A stretch of 62,652 bases of DNA, filler included, from Sphacelaria rigidula (lineage: Eukaryota): assembly GCA_964200075.2 (NCBI GenBank). It is 10 parts of 10 records of this genome, joined end to end, with 100 filler letters (N's around TTAATTAATTAA, not from the genome) between each part and the next. Parts side by side here need not be neighbours in the genome. Positions count along the whole stretch, not along the records: positions 50,204 to 56,378 come from CAXNAA020021736.1; positions 56,479 to 62,652 come from CAXNAA020021737.1; 8 more parts are not named here. One strand, written 5' to 3'. This document shows, one piece after another, positions 50,290 to 62,652 of the stretch. The number at the start of each line of letters is the position of its first letter. Position 1 is the stretch's first letter. Under the pieces are notes generated by a model. It worked only from the letters and a program-made list of their open reading frames with translations. It was not told where the DNA came from and did not search any database. A program made the translations under genes and the position numbers.

Positions 50290-53000
50290 ACATGGGCCCA
50301 GGAGCATCGGGACAAAGATGAGGATGGGTTCATCACCTAGCAAGCGGGCATGTCGACTTGTAGGCTCCCCCCTGGGGAGGGCTGCTGTGGGCCGGCGAAC
50401 TAGCAGAACTACATCATCATCATCCGTATGCAGCATACCTTTCCGCGAAAGTTCAATTACTTCATCCTGTGTGGGGGCTTTGAGGTTCCCGACGGTCAAA
50501 AGGAATTCGGTTTCTGAGAATGGACATGGGCAACCTCTGGATAGATAATGGATAGATGATTTACAAGCAGGTTCTGCCTGTCGTTCCCGGGCCCAATCGG
50601 CGTGGGAGAAGAGGGTCAAACGTTCCTTGGATATGCCATCTATTGAAGCGTGTACTTCGCGTTGGGTTGGGTCGGGATGGGGGTGACACGAAGCGGTGAT
50701 GTTGTAATCAAGGGTGAGCTTACCAGGTGGTGTATGCTCAGGCGGAACGTTGACGTCTACTCCTGCGTCGATTAGCGTGGTGGGTGTTGTGGTAGTGTTG
50801 TTAATATCGTTACCAAGGGAGGGGGGCATGGCCGTGGTTTCGGCTATGAATGGCAAGGGAGCCACCGTCGGCGTCGATTTTCTGAGGGCCTTGCGTCGTG
50901 GAGATTGAGGAGGCGTAGGGCAACTATCGGGGACCGGGGTGGGGGAAGGGAGGGGAAGGTAAGGACCAGATACGGCTAATTTGGTGGCCTTTTCGGCGGT
51001 CCGCCGTCCTCGAGTCCTACTCGAAATCTAACCTCGAACTTGAGCACGTAAGATGGAGTCAGCAAAGGACGGTTCTACACCTGCTGCGAAAACCATGCGC
51101 TGGCCAGTTGCACGGAAATAATCATAGCCAACAGTATTCGTTGACAGTCCATTCCAAACTGAGTACAACGTTTGAGGTCGCAAGCTGCCCAGAACTGATG
51201 CGTGGGCTGTGGTCGTCAGCCCACCTATACCTGAAGCCGGCGTTTTTCTCGGGGAAAGTGGTGTGTACAGACCTCTATGTCCATTCCTGCTTATAAAATA
51301 TACAATGTCTTCGGTGGGATCGGTGATACGTCTCATGGGGGATTCATCGATAGGTTGAGCCGGTGTGGGCAAGCGTGATAGAAAGTCGGCGTTTGCATTT
51401 TGCGGGCCTGTGCGATATTTCAACTGGAAGTTGAAAAACGACAGGATTTCGGACCAGCGTTGTACGCTAGCTTTGTGTTCCGCCATTTTGGCTAGGTTTT
51501 CCAAAGACTTATGATCCGTATGAGTCACAAACGGGATGTCACACAAATACTGACGCAGACGTCGCAAGCCCCAAACAACTGCGCCGGCCTCTTGTTCCAT
51601 GACAGACCAATTCTGTTCATTTGGAAAAGTGGTGCGACTCAGATATACAATGGGACGATCAGTAGCATCGTCTTGCTCCTGTTTGAATGTGCAGCCAAAC
51701 CCAATTTTGAAAGAATCTGTGTGGAGACGGAAAGGGCGGGAACCCTGCTCCGCGGCCGACCAGCCGGGGAAGACGAGAATCGGCGGGCGCGGCGGTGTCA
51801 AGAAGACGGCGGACGTTTTTTTCCGTTTCCGATGTGACCAAAAAATTCACCCCTTTTTTGAGGAGGGTGGTGAGGGGTTTTAGCGTTTGGGCAAGGTTTG
51901 GCAAGTACAGTCTGCAGCAGCTGAGACCTCCCAACAAGGAACGCAGTTGAGAAATGTCCCATGGCATGGGCATGTCGGAGAGTGCGGCGACCTTGTCGAG
52001 GTTTGGGCTACGATTTTCGGGGGTGATGCAATGACCCAAGAACTCAATCTTCGTGGCGCCAATGCGGGATTTGGAGGGGGCGAGTTTCAAGTTGTGTTGT
52101 TCAAACCGGCTGAAGAATGATGCCAATTATTCGACGTGTTCGGCCGGTGTGCAGTCGTGGCACACCGCATCATCAAGGTACATATGGCATTTGGGCAATC
52201 CATCAGTCACACGGAACATTACACGTTGAAACGCACCTGGAGTTCTGGCGGCACCTTGTGGTGTAGCCATCCACTCGTACAAACCTGATGGCGTGCAAAC
52301 CGCCGCCAGTTTAATGGAATTCGGATTCATCACGAGTTGGTGGTAGCCGGACTGCATGTCAAAGTTATAAAATACCTTACCCCCGCCAAGAGAGTCAATA
52401 ATTTCATAAATTCGTGGAAGTGGCGGCCTGGCGAGTTTGGGAACAGCGCTCAATCGTTGATAATTGACCGTTAGTCTGATGTTTCCATTTTTCTTATGGA
52501 CGACTACCAAAGGCGAGGTCCGCGGAGACGTCGAGTGCCGAATTAAACCGGAGGATAAGTAACCATCGAGAAATACATGGATCTCATCCGCTAAGAGGGG
52601 GTTCGTACGGTACGGTCGCATAGCAATATGTGGAGTGCTATCAGGGATCTTGATCTTGAACGGTGTTGTGGTACGTCGACCTAAATCCAAGGGTGCAGTA
52701 GACAACTGTCCAGAATATCTAACCAAAATGGATCTCAACCTATCGATTATAATGGGTGTCCAACCATCACCGGATAGATGAAAAACAAAATGCCGCAAAT
52801 GAGGGGGGATGTCATCCCACAACTTTTGAAAACTGGCGCGTTGTTCTGGGGAAAATCTGTTCAGTAATGTAGTTGGGGGTTTAGGTTCAGGCGCATCTGG
52901 TGGATTTGTCACCACCATGGGATCAGGCATGTGTAGCGGAGGGGGCCCCGTAGTTTTCGGGGGGTCGGTTGACCAGTTGTTGTCCGCAGGGGGGTACACA
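50290..53000 (-). mobile_element. Decayed Ty3/Gypsy LTR-retrotransposon pol (RT, RNase H and downstream linker)
   Basis: RT motifs PYR, SP..SPLVVV.KK.G..RL.VNY..L, QSGYHQL, YEW..TPQG, YLDD and EFLGH.I. RNase H motifs LHTD...GFG, RPIVYLSR, E.EAGAVVW and TDHKSL. In-frame stop at 52127-52129 and a frameshift near 51800. No LTR seen in the contig. Confidence 0.93.
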
Positions 53001-56000
53001 TCTGACAGAGCGGTTCGTAGGAGAGGCGCTAAGCAAAATCTAATAACTGCCCGTTGAGTATATCGTATACCATCACATGTGTATATCCGGGCTGTGTTCT
53101 GGTATTATAGGTTGAAGAAGGAGTAGGGTCAGCTTCTATATTTCATGTCTATGTCCAGGCTGTGTTATGGTAGGTTAAAGAAAAAGGAGGGTCAGCTTCG
53201 TCATTCCAGTCTATGTCAGGGCCATTGCTCCCCCGCCCCGAGGTTGATTGAGAGTAAGAATTTCCCACGGCAGTGTGCTTGTAATATGTGAGAGGATCGC
53301 GTGCTTCGAGGACTGCATATCTGAATATGAACATGGCTACGAGCTGGGCCGGCCATCAGTGATGTTTTAACGAAGAGTGAAGATGCTTTTGGCAATTCGA
53401 AGAGTTAGGCGCTGAAATTTTGACACGACACCTTTATCATCAATTCGGGCAACCCTGTGAGGGGTGCAGAGGAAACCCTCCCCCCGGAAGTTAGTGCGAG
53501 TTGAAGGTTCAGCAAGAACGGGGAAATGCTATCACTTCCTCAAAATTTGATAAAAACGATGACAGCTGCGGCACATACGGGCACTCGCGTCAACCACATC
53601 CTTGTAAATGTTCAGGCAAAAATACGTATAATTGGGCTTCGCGTCGCACTTTTTGTGTGACCCCGGTGGTCAAACTGACACATCAGCCTCAAATTACACA
53701 GATCAGTAGTTCGAATCCCGACACGACAAAAACAAATTTGTGCACACTAGTCGTGCATAATCTCTCGTACCTCTGGGTTGCAAAGGGTCTCGATGTTGTG
53801 GTGATGGTCTTGCTTTTGGGGGGGGTATAGCGCAGTTTTACTCATGGCATCTCTCGAACAATGTGTTCAAGGCGATTGCACTGGCATCTATTTGGATGGT
53901 GCAGTTGTCCTTTTTCTTTTCAACATACGGCGGAAATATTTTGGTTCTTCTACGGTGTAGACTCTAGATAATCTAATCTTTTATTCAGGTTGTGAACATT
54001 ATGCCCTCAGCAAATACTCAATAGTTGGTCTACAATAATATTGGAAGTGATGTCCGAGGTCTTCGAATTTTCCATGTTTTGGATTTCTCACGTGAGGTTC
54101 GAGACATAGGGCCTGTTTTCCGAAGGCTTTTCACATCACCAGCAAATACAAGTTTCTGACTCGTGCGCCAATGTTATTAAGACCCGTTCAAAGATAGCCA
54201 TATGAGGTTTTCACTTCTGCCGCCCGGCTCAAGGATGACCATTTGGGACTCGTACCCCGTTCATGACTGGTCCTATGATATTTCCACGTTTACCGTCTAC
54301 TCCACAGATGGTGCAGTCACATGAGTATGGTGCCCGGTTAATAGATCGCGCGTGGAACTGTTTTTGACACTGTCGATCATGAGTAGTATGTCGAGTGACG
54401 TTCATGTGTGTTTCCCCACGACCGGGTTGGCAATTCCCGTCTCTTAAAGTATCGGGTTTCGGCTAATGCCCACCCACAGCGAGGGCCCTAGCGCTAGCTT
54501 GTTCTTCTTCATGGCAAACAGCCCACAAACGTCTTGGCGCAAACAGCTTTGAGGTGTCGGAATTATCTTCTAGAAGAAAAGTTAGCGAGCAGGGAACAAT
54601 CCGATCGATTTATCGTATCGGTGTGATATTGCGACAACCAAACATCGCACCGCCAGGGATAAATGTATGTACTTTTCAATTGCGCCGGAGAACTTCCGTT
54701 CAATAAGTCGATGAATTTCACCCGACTTTCCAATGATTGGTTCTGTAGGCATTAGCATGATGAACATGGATAGCATGTTTCAATTTCCAGAAAAAAACTG
54801 TCGTGCTATTGTGATGTTGAACGAGCAGTGTTGAAATCGCCCCCCCCCCCCCCCCCCCCCCCCACCAGCCACAGACACCACAACCCACCCCCCACCGCAC
54901 TCCCCGCAGCCCCCCTCCANNNNNNNNNNATAAAATGATAAATTTTTTTATCTTACAAAAAAAACATCGCGGGCTATTGGGGTTTTTAAACAGGAGGTTT
55001 GAAACCCCCCCCCCCCCCCCCCCCCCAAATATGCTGCATAGCTCCAACACCCCAAATGCCTCTGTTTTTCGCATGCAGTGCAACGAACTCTCAGGTTTCA
55101 TCAAATTAGAGCCTCAGCAATCGTTCATTGACAAATCTGGTATCGATTCAAACTAAAGCGATATCTCGGGAGTCAAAATTCATGGAGGAGTTGAACCCGG
55201 ACCCCGCAATATCGGCAAACCCAGAAGCCGCTCAAATTTGATCGAAAACGCATATTTTTTCAAGATATGCATTCAAGAGCCGATCCTCAAAAATGGGGTC
55301 CAACGCCAAAATGAGATTCAGCTCGCCTTCGCAAAATCGAGATTATATGCCAAACAGTATCACTACAGGAAAGCATTTTCGCAACCAGAGTTTCTGCTGC
55401 AGTTACGCTGGTATGATTAGGTGCACCAAATGAGTGCGGTGCACACGCGTGTCGATGACAATATCACCAGAGAAGCAACGGCGGAGAGGAAGCTGCTCGC
55501 CGGTATCCTTTGTGTCTCCTCGTTCAGCGATTCTCAATCGCTGCAGAGATTGGCATCACATTTCAGTAGTACCAGCACAAAACCAGGTCGCCTAGTGTGT
55601 GCAGGCGGGTTATTGTAGCACAGCCCCAGAAACAAAATCGCGGGATGCTCCGGTTGCCGTCTCCTGTCTGTGGCGCTGACCAATGCCGATATCGATTCCT
55701 CTCTGCCTTTCTGCTTGGACAATAAGTGCCTCTGTGCGAAGTAGAACATGTCGTCGAAAAGCAGAGTAATGTTCCACTCACCGCTACTGCCCTCACATGC
55801 ACATGCAAGCAAGGAAGGTTGCGCCCTTGTGGCAAATCTATTAGTCGAAAGCTGGGGGGTGTCTTTTTTTGGAGTCGTTGATTTCACCCGACATCTTCAA
55901 AACAAGGACAACAGGAGTATGCCACATCCCAGTTGGGGGATGTATGTATGAGAGGTCAAACACTCTTGTAGACCTTTTCTTTGCGGAGTGACAAGAGATA

Positions 56001-59000
56001 CCTCGTGCGGGTGACTTAACTATTACTGACGTGACCGAGATGGGGGCTGATATCCTGCAATTGAGTTTCTCTCCTGTACAACCGGTCGCATCGTGTGTGT
56101 GGGTGTGGGTGTCTGTCGCAAAGAATTGCTATGTGAGGGAGCCATCCCAACCTGAGGCGAGAAATGGTTAGGAACAGTGATGTATCATGATTAACCACCT
56201 GCCATTGCGTTCGTGACCCGCGCCGTGAAGCGCTGATCAAGTAAATCTTGCCTGAGAATAGCTTTCGAGCAACGACAGTAGTAGTAGGCAGCAGGTGAGC
56301 AATGCTACGGTAGGGGTGCGCTTTTTTCGCGAAATTTTGTCTGGTTCAAGGGCTCCTAACGATTCTAGACGCACAAGANNNNNNNNNNNNNNNNNNNNNN
56401 NNNNNNNNNNNNNNNNNNNNNNTTAATTAATTAANNNNNNNNNNNNNNNNNNNNNNNNNNNNNNNNNNNNNNNNNNNNGCCGGGATCGGGCTCGAGGCGT
56501 TTGCTCTAACGATCAACGCGGGCATACCTATCCCCGCGTCCCCCCCCCCCCTCGAGCCTGGTCCGACGAAAACCCGGCGTGCTTCGTCCCGGCAGTGTAG
56601 GGATGCAAGGTCAATGGTTTCATGACTTCGGTATGCAAGATCATGAGTACACCCCCCTCCCGTACCCCATCTCATGCCTCGTCTTTTTCCTTTCTTTGCG
56701 GCCGTACTGCGCTTGTCACCAAATAAAAAAATACACCGGAACGGAACCAATCAGCAACCCAATACGCTTGGTGTTCCGAGTATGTGCGCTTGGACTGGGA
56801 GTATTAATGGTGATGAGCTCTGTCGTTGAGGTGGGCCGTTGATATTGCTGCGCTTGTTGATCAAAATAATGTTGCAAATTTTGTTGATGTGAACGATGCT
56901 CCTGAAAGTGGCGAATGTGCAGCGTCGCCTTTCATGTACTGTTGCTATTGCTGTTGCCCTGTATGTTCGTTTTCCCAAAGCATGCTTTGCTCTTGTTTCA
57001 CGTCTTGCGCAGCTCGAGATAGCTCTAATATCATACCTATCATACCTCGTCCGGGGAGACCTATGCATGTGTGCGGTAGGGGAGATGATATTGCTGAACA
57101 TACTGGGTGTAAAATGTCGTACAGGATGGTGGATCGAGTATTTCCATCTCTGGACTCATCTTTCAGCAGTCGATTCATTCAAAGTTTACCGCGTGCTTGT
57201 GTTTTTTTTAATATCACTGTTCGCCGCTTCCGGCATTACTTGTGCACGCCACGCGAGGTGTGCAGGAATTCTTGTTTTACAAACGTCAGTGCCGTTTCCA
57301 GTATGTTCCCTACATGGTCCTGTGTCGTGTGTCTCCTGTCGCGTGTTCCACTCACAAATGCCTTTCTACCCTTTGGTTTACTCGGTGCGGTAGTACACTT
57401 GGAGCGCACTTGCTTGGACTTGATAGTGTAGATACTCACCCGTCAAAATGTAGCACTGTCACGTGCCACATGCTCTGAGATATGACTGCTTGACTAGTAG
57501 CTCAAGAAAGCGTGTTCCGCCCCCCTTTCTATGTCGTTTTGTTTTGCCCGCGACCCGCCTCAATGACGACGGCATCACGCGGGAAACATGGAAACATGGA
57601 CACTGGTGGGCAACGTACGCTCATGGGACGGTGGACTGCACACTGATGTTCACTTCGTGAACTGTTGAAACTCTTGGATTATTCAATTGGCCATGTTACG
57701 TGGGTCAGTTGTTCAATGTGTCATCCTTCACACGCTTGTGCATCGCCATGTACAACTTGCTCTTCGCAGCGGTGCTGATGCTGCATGAAAGTCAGGTGAC
57801 GCACACATTCATCAATGTCGCTGACACTACACACACCATACAAGCCGTGCCGTCCGGTGAAGGTGCTTTACGCTTGTCTTGGTCGATTTTTTAGTTTTAT
57901 CTACCGTTCCAACCCACGCACGATAGTTTTGTGTAGTGTAGTGTAGTGTAGTGTACCGTGCACTGTGAACGAAGGCACGTTCAAGATACCTGTTGCACGC
58001 AAGTGTACTGACTGTGCCCTTATCGTCAACGAACAAAGCGAAATTCGTCGAATTGTCTGTACACTCCACTTGTAGTCTTGGTCCGCTTCGAACAGTGGGC
58101 GTGTCTCACATGGTAAGGGGTTTCAATGTGCACTGTCAAATACCACGATGTACAAGCTTGGTCAAGCTACATACATGGGGTGATGCAGATCCGCATCAGC
58201 TATTAATAGTTGTCAATACCTTGCGTTGGCACCCTACGATTCTCACACCCATTATAAGCTCGTTTCAACTAGTGTAGGTAGCACCTTCATTTAATTTTGG
58301 TGATGTTGACCCCTGAGGTTGCATGTGCACATCCATCGTGCATTTTGATTTGCATGTATGTCGTATGTTATGATATGTTCAGGGTTTTGTGACGTGCGAT
58401 GAAGTGGACTGGACTATGAGGAGATATTTCGGTTTGCTGTATGGTCACATGGGCAGGTGAGGTGGTGTGTTTGCCGCCTCAACTGTGTCGACGTTGCATC
58501 TCGTTATCGTTCCTTCGTGGATGAGTCATTATTCATAGGAGTAGTCAACGTTGATCGTTCGTTGATCGTCGCGCACCTGCTTTGTGGGAAGAAGGTGATC
58601 GTTTGTTTGTGGTCGTGTCGTCTTGTACAATCAAGGAGGCACTAGTGCGTGTAAATGTTTTCCGTTGGTATTATGCCTTGTCAAGCAATGAGAACAGCTC
58701 CGTAAGAGTGTAGAGTTGGGGAATTGCCTCCCCCTGCATTCGAATGTTGAGATGCGTGGGCGATGAAGCCATGATCTAGCAGTGCTTGGCTGGATTGTGT
58801 TGGTGACTACTGAGCATTGATGGTCTCACAACCCAACATGATGTGTGTTCTACGTTGGTCATGACGTGTCCTGTTGACCCTGGGTCTTCGGTATTGATGG
58901 CAATTTTACTGGTACTGCTGTAGTCCTGTAACAATCTGCGCTCCCTCCCGTGTACTGTACATACACCACATCGTCGGAAATGGTACTGTACTGCAGGGCT

Positions 59001-61159
59001 ATATTCATCATCTTCATTGCCTTCCTCAACTTCGCCTTAACCGATGCTGCCTGGTGGGGGACAATCACGGGACTGCTCCTGCTGTAAGTGCTGCACACGA
59101 ATTAAAGTAGCGTGTGAAATCGTCTCTATGTATTGCACGTTCCTCCAACTGATTAGCGTTAGCGCTCTTCGAACTGCTGGTGTTGCAACTGTGTTGTGTG
59201 TTGGATTGGGTTGCGTCGTCTAGCTTCCATTTCACAATTTCACGTTTTCCCATGATGTAAGGTCAGGAGGGCTACGGGACTGCTTGGTGGGCTCTAGAAG
59301 TGCACCATTCAGTTATCCCTTCATTTCTCCGTCGCAGTGATGTGATATTGTATCCTGTAGCGGTCTCCGGTGGCCGTTGGACGCCCCAAGTTGTTGTTGA
59401 ATGTCGCTGCTCCTGTGTGTATTGTTTTAGTATGGACGTGAAACTTTTAGGTCTACGATGCGAAATATACCACGTTGAACTTATCATGTCTCATGTTGAA
59501 CTTGCTCTGTCACTATTGGATCATTCGTTCACAATTGTTGATGTGCCGTGCTGAACGCCTTGTACAGGGCATTAGGCGTATCGATGGTGCTGATTTATAT
59601 GAAATATCCGCATCTTTTGGACGAGGCGCCTGGACTTGGAGACTTGAAGACGCCGGCGCCTAGGCCACAAGGATACGTAAGTCAAGCGTGAAAGAAACGC
59701 CTCATCTTGTCCTCTTGTTAACATAGCTTAACCGTACGTTGTAGAGTAAGCGCCAGAAGTTGAGTAGCGCACGCAGTCGAGCAGACAAATACTACTCTTT
59801 TGCGCTATGCTCTGTCCCCTGCATGATGCTGACCCATGACCTATGCTGTTGGGTGTGAAGTTGTAGGTGATCACGGACGGCGAGCGTCATGTACACCATG
59901 TACACCGCGTTGACCATGAGTACGCTGACGCTTTCGTGGAAAAACTGTCTGAGACATCATTCTAGTGTGATTTGTGTTATTCAAATTCTCGCTTCCCAAG
60001 AGCTACAAAGTGTTCAAAAGAACATCTGTTTGTGACTGCCATACAGCCCATACCTTAGCTGTTGAGCCCCCCGAGGCGATAGCAGTCGTTTTTACCATCT
60101 TCATCGCACTCTTTCGTCAAACCAAATCTAGGAACTGATGACAATCTTCACGTTGATGAACGATTTTAACAGCCGACGGTCAGCCATCCTGTTCGCCCAC
60201 GATTATGATGCCAACGACATAGGCCATCGATGCTCGTTCGTGAAGCCGATTCGTCATGTTGATGATGACCAATAGTGTGGATACGTTGCTTTGATTGATT
60301 TTGATGCAGGCGCCTCCTCCAGCGATGCCATCGACAGCCCTGTAGTGCACCCGCGGTAGGGTAGACGGTTATTCCTGTACATGATATGCGAACGGCGGAG
60401 CGGGTCGCGCGCTTGCGACGCGTGTCCTACAGTCATCTCGTCGCTGCAATGCAAGAACTCTGCACCGTGATTTATTCGAAGATTATTGCAAATAAACGCG
60501 GTAGGGAGGGTCGGGGCGATGGGGATGTATGATGGAAATGTGGGAACGGCTGGTTGGGTCGAACGACAAGTATTATAGATGTTTGTACGCCCTTGTGTTT
60601 TTGCTCGCGGTGCGTAAAATGTGAAGGCAAACACATGGTGTGGTCGGACCATTGTACACTGTAAAGAGGGAAATGTGTGGCGCCATTTACGTTGCGCTCT
60701 CAGCACTGCTTGTGGGCGCAAACGCACCTCTATTCGTCCATGGCGCGAATGTCTTCTACTGTAGTATTAGCACGTTCAGCGCAGTGACACGTCGTGCTTA
60801 CGCTACAGCTGTAGAGCGAGTAGCGTAGATGCCCAGAGGCAGGGACGAGGCTTGGGTTGGGCACCCAGGCGACGATGGCATCCTACCCGCCTTGTCGTAC
60901 TGGCGTTTTCGCTAGAGGTCCCTATTTTGGGTGTACAGTAGGTGAATGGGTGTCCTGCTTGCTCATGGATGTGAAGTCGTGCTCACGAAACATGGGGAGC
61001 AGGTGAATGCGAGGATTCGCTCGCCTCTTGTTCATGGTACGGTGGCATGCTTCACCTGCAGGGACCCCTTGACAACGCTACAGTTATGGGAAATCTATCC
61101 CGTTCTATCATGTAGAGCAAGCACCCACGTCAGAATGTAACGTTGAGTGCGTGAGACTC

Positions 61160-61514
61160 TTGTGTGTTTCGTCATTGTGTTAACCCATCCATTCTGGGCA
61201 CCGGTCTACACCTTTCGGGATGTGTGGGCGCACCAGCCGGGGTCATACAGGAGGACGTCCAACACAGGAGTTTTTTTCTTGTTTGTCTTAGTTCTCCACC
61301 TTCCTTCTGCTGTGCTTGCCTTTATTTTTTGTCGCGAGGGCGGTTCAGCAGTCCCTTTCCCTCGTCGACCATTAAGTCGAATTTCGTGTACCCACGACAT
61401 GGTCGCTCTCCACTGGTGTGCAGTGCGTGAGAAAAAATCCCAGATGGCTCCGAGATTCGAACCCGCGACCCAACTGTCAGGAGGTTTCGACGTTACCAAC
61501 TGAGCCACCGGGGC
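61160..61514 (-). mobile_element. tRNA-derived SINE, near full length
   Basis: The reverse strand reads GCCCCGGTGGCTCAGTTGGTAACGTCGAAACC...GGGTTCGAATCTCGG plus the shared body. Confidence 0.88.
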
Positions 61515-62578
61515 AACCGGCAGAGACTGCTACTACATCACCTAGGCAATAACGCGTCGATGTCAGTCTTGTGTTTGCATGACTCGCGATGGTTGTTTGT
61601 AGGATTGGCAAGTGTGTGTGTGTCGTGACATGTGGTGGGTTGAACGTTTCGTCCTTGAGCGTCGAGAGGCATCGTGCGGCTTTCTCGCCGGTACATGTAG
61701 CGTTTAGCTGATTGCAGTCCACAGCTGACGCGCTAAGGACGAATTCAGGCAGCGGGCCACAAGATACACTGTACTGTACATCAGTTGCCTTCATACATAC
61801 ATTAGTATTATTTTGCGGTGCTTGCTATTTGATCAGCTTTATTAAAGGCAACCGCTTCCAAGTTCCGCTGTTTTGCCACGTACATGTGCACCAAGTATGC
61901 ATAGACGGGAGTTATCACGTTGCACCTTAGCCTGCATGTGGTTGTTTTTGCATATAGGTAGTCATGAAGAACGTTTGGACTTGTGCTGAAGCAAAACGAT
62001 GTGGTTCATTTGCGCCACGCTGCCACGTGTAGTGTATATAGTTCAAGTCCACCACGGGCGCAGTCCGGTCGATACACATGTGCTGTACTGTACTGCTCTG
62101 GGACGGCATGCACTGTTACACACATATTCACACACATGAACGGTGCGTTGGTGCATGATGAGTGATGATTGGCATGGGAGGAATGGCAAATGAGCTAGTG
62201 CTAGAGTTCCATAACCGATTCTGATGTGACGCTCCTCCCAAAGGCAGCAAAAAGAAGATAGTGACGCTGTAGGGGTCTCGATTGATGAAATGGGTAACTG
62301 GGAGGGACAGACCAAAAGGGATGTGGCCCACTGTCGACCAAGCTATGTGCTCCTTCGTGGGGAAAGAAAAGTAAAACGCCACTCGATGCGGTGACGTCAC
62401 GTTTTGTTGCGCTAATGAATGTGCTAGATATTCCCCAAAAACGTCTGACTAAAACACCAATATCCACCGCGTGACGCCAGCCATGCCCTAGAGTCCCTCC
62501 GTTCCGAAGGGCGGCGAATGGTCTCGAACAACATTTGAATCAGATTCAGTGTCTGGCATATGATTGTGTATTGTAACC

Positions 62579-62652
62579 GCCCCGGTGGCTCAGTTGGTAA
62601 CCTCGTAACCTTCTGATGGTTGAGTAGGGGGGTTCGATTCCCGGAGTGATCT
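62579..62652 (+). mobile_element. tRNA-derived SINE head (cut by window end)
   Basis: GCCCCGGTGGCTCAGTTGGTAACCTCG...GGTTCGATTCCCGG, the same head as the other copies. Confidence 0.75.

Noticed and set aside
62579..62652. Functional tRNA genes at SINE heads
   Set aside because: Boxes A and B are present, but there is no proper cloverleaf or acceptor stem, and the heads continue into a shared SINE body.

Overview
The window is not one locus. It is ten unlinked eukaryotic contigs of about 6.17 kb each (1-6176, 6277-12452, 12553-18728, 18829-25003, 25104-31278, 31379-37553, 37654-43828, 43929-50103, 50204-56378, 56479-62652), joined by an artificial 100-nt linker (N44-TTAATTAATTAA-N44). Short GT-AG exons in long repeat-filled introns, a plastid-type homomeric ACCase with an ASAFAP-like motif and TTAGGG repeats point to a photosynthetic stramenopile, most likely a brown alga (inference). 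Spliced gene fragments I could rebuild in frame: TOR, ATM, a KP-43/TagC-like subtilase with a C-terminal LNR (Notch) repeat, COQ9, homogentisate phytyltransferase and plastid acetyl-CoA carboxylase. The rest is mostly mobile DNA: a decayed Ty3/Gypsy pol, a tRNA-derived SINE, several TIR/MITE families (some nested) and two satellites. The most unusual signal is an abundant family (at least 12 copies or fragments, two subfamilies) with one fixed end, a variably truncated other end and no poly(A) tail. It sits in G/C homopolymer tracts, and the window shows both a 16-bp target-site duplication and filled-versus-empty sites. This suggests a homopolymer-targeting retroposon. A 63-bp satellite also appears to come from, or be carried by, the Gypsy element.
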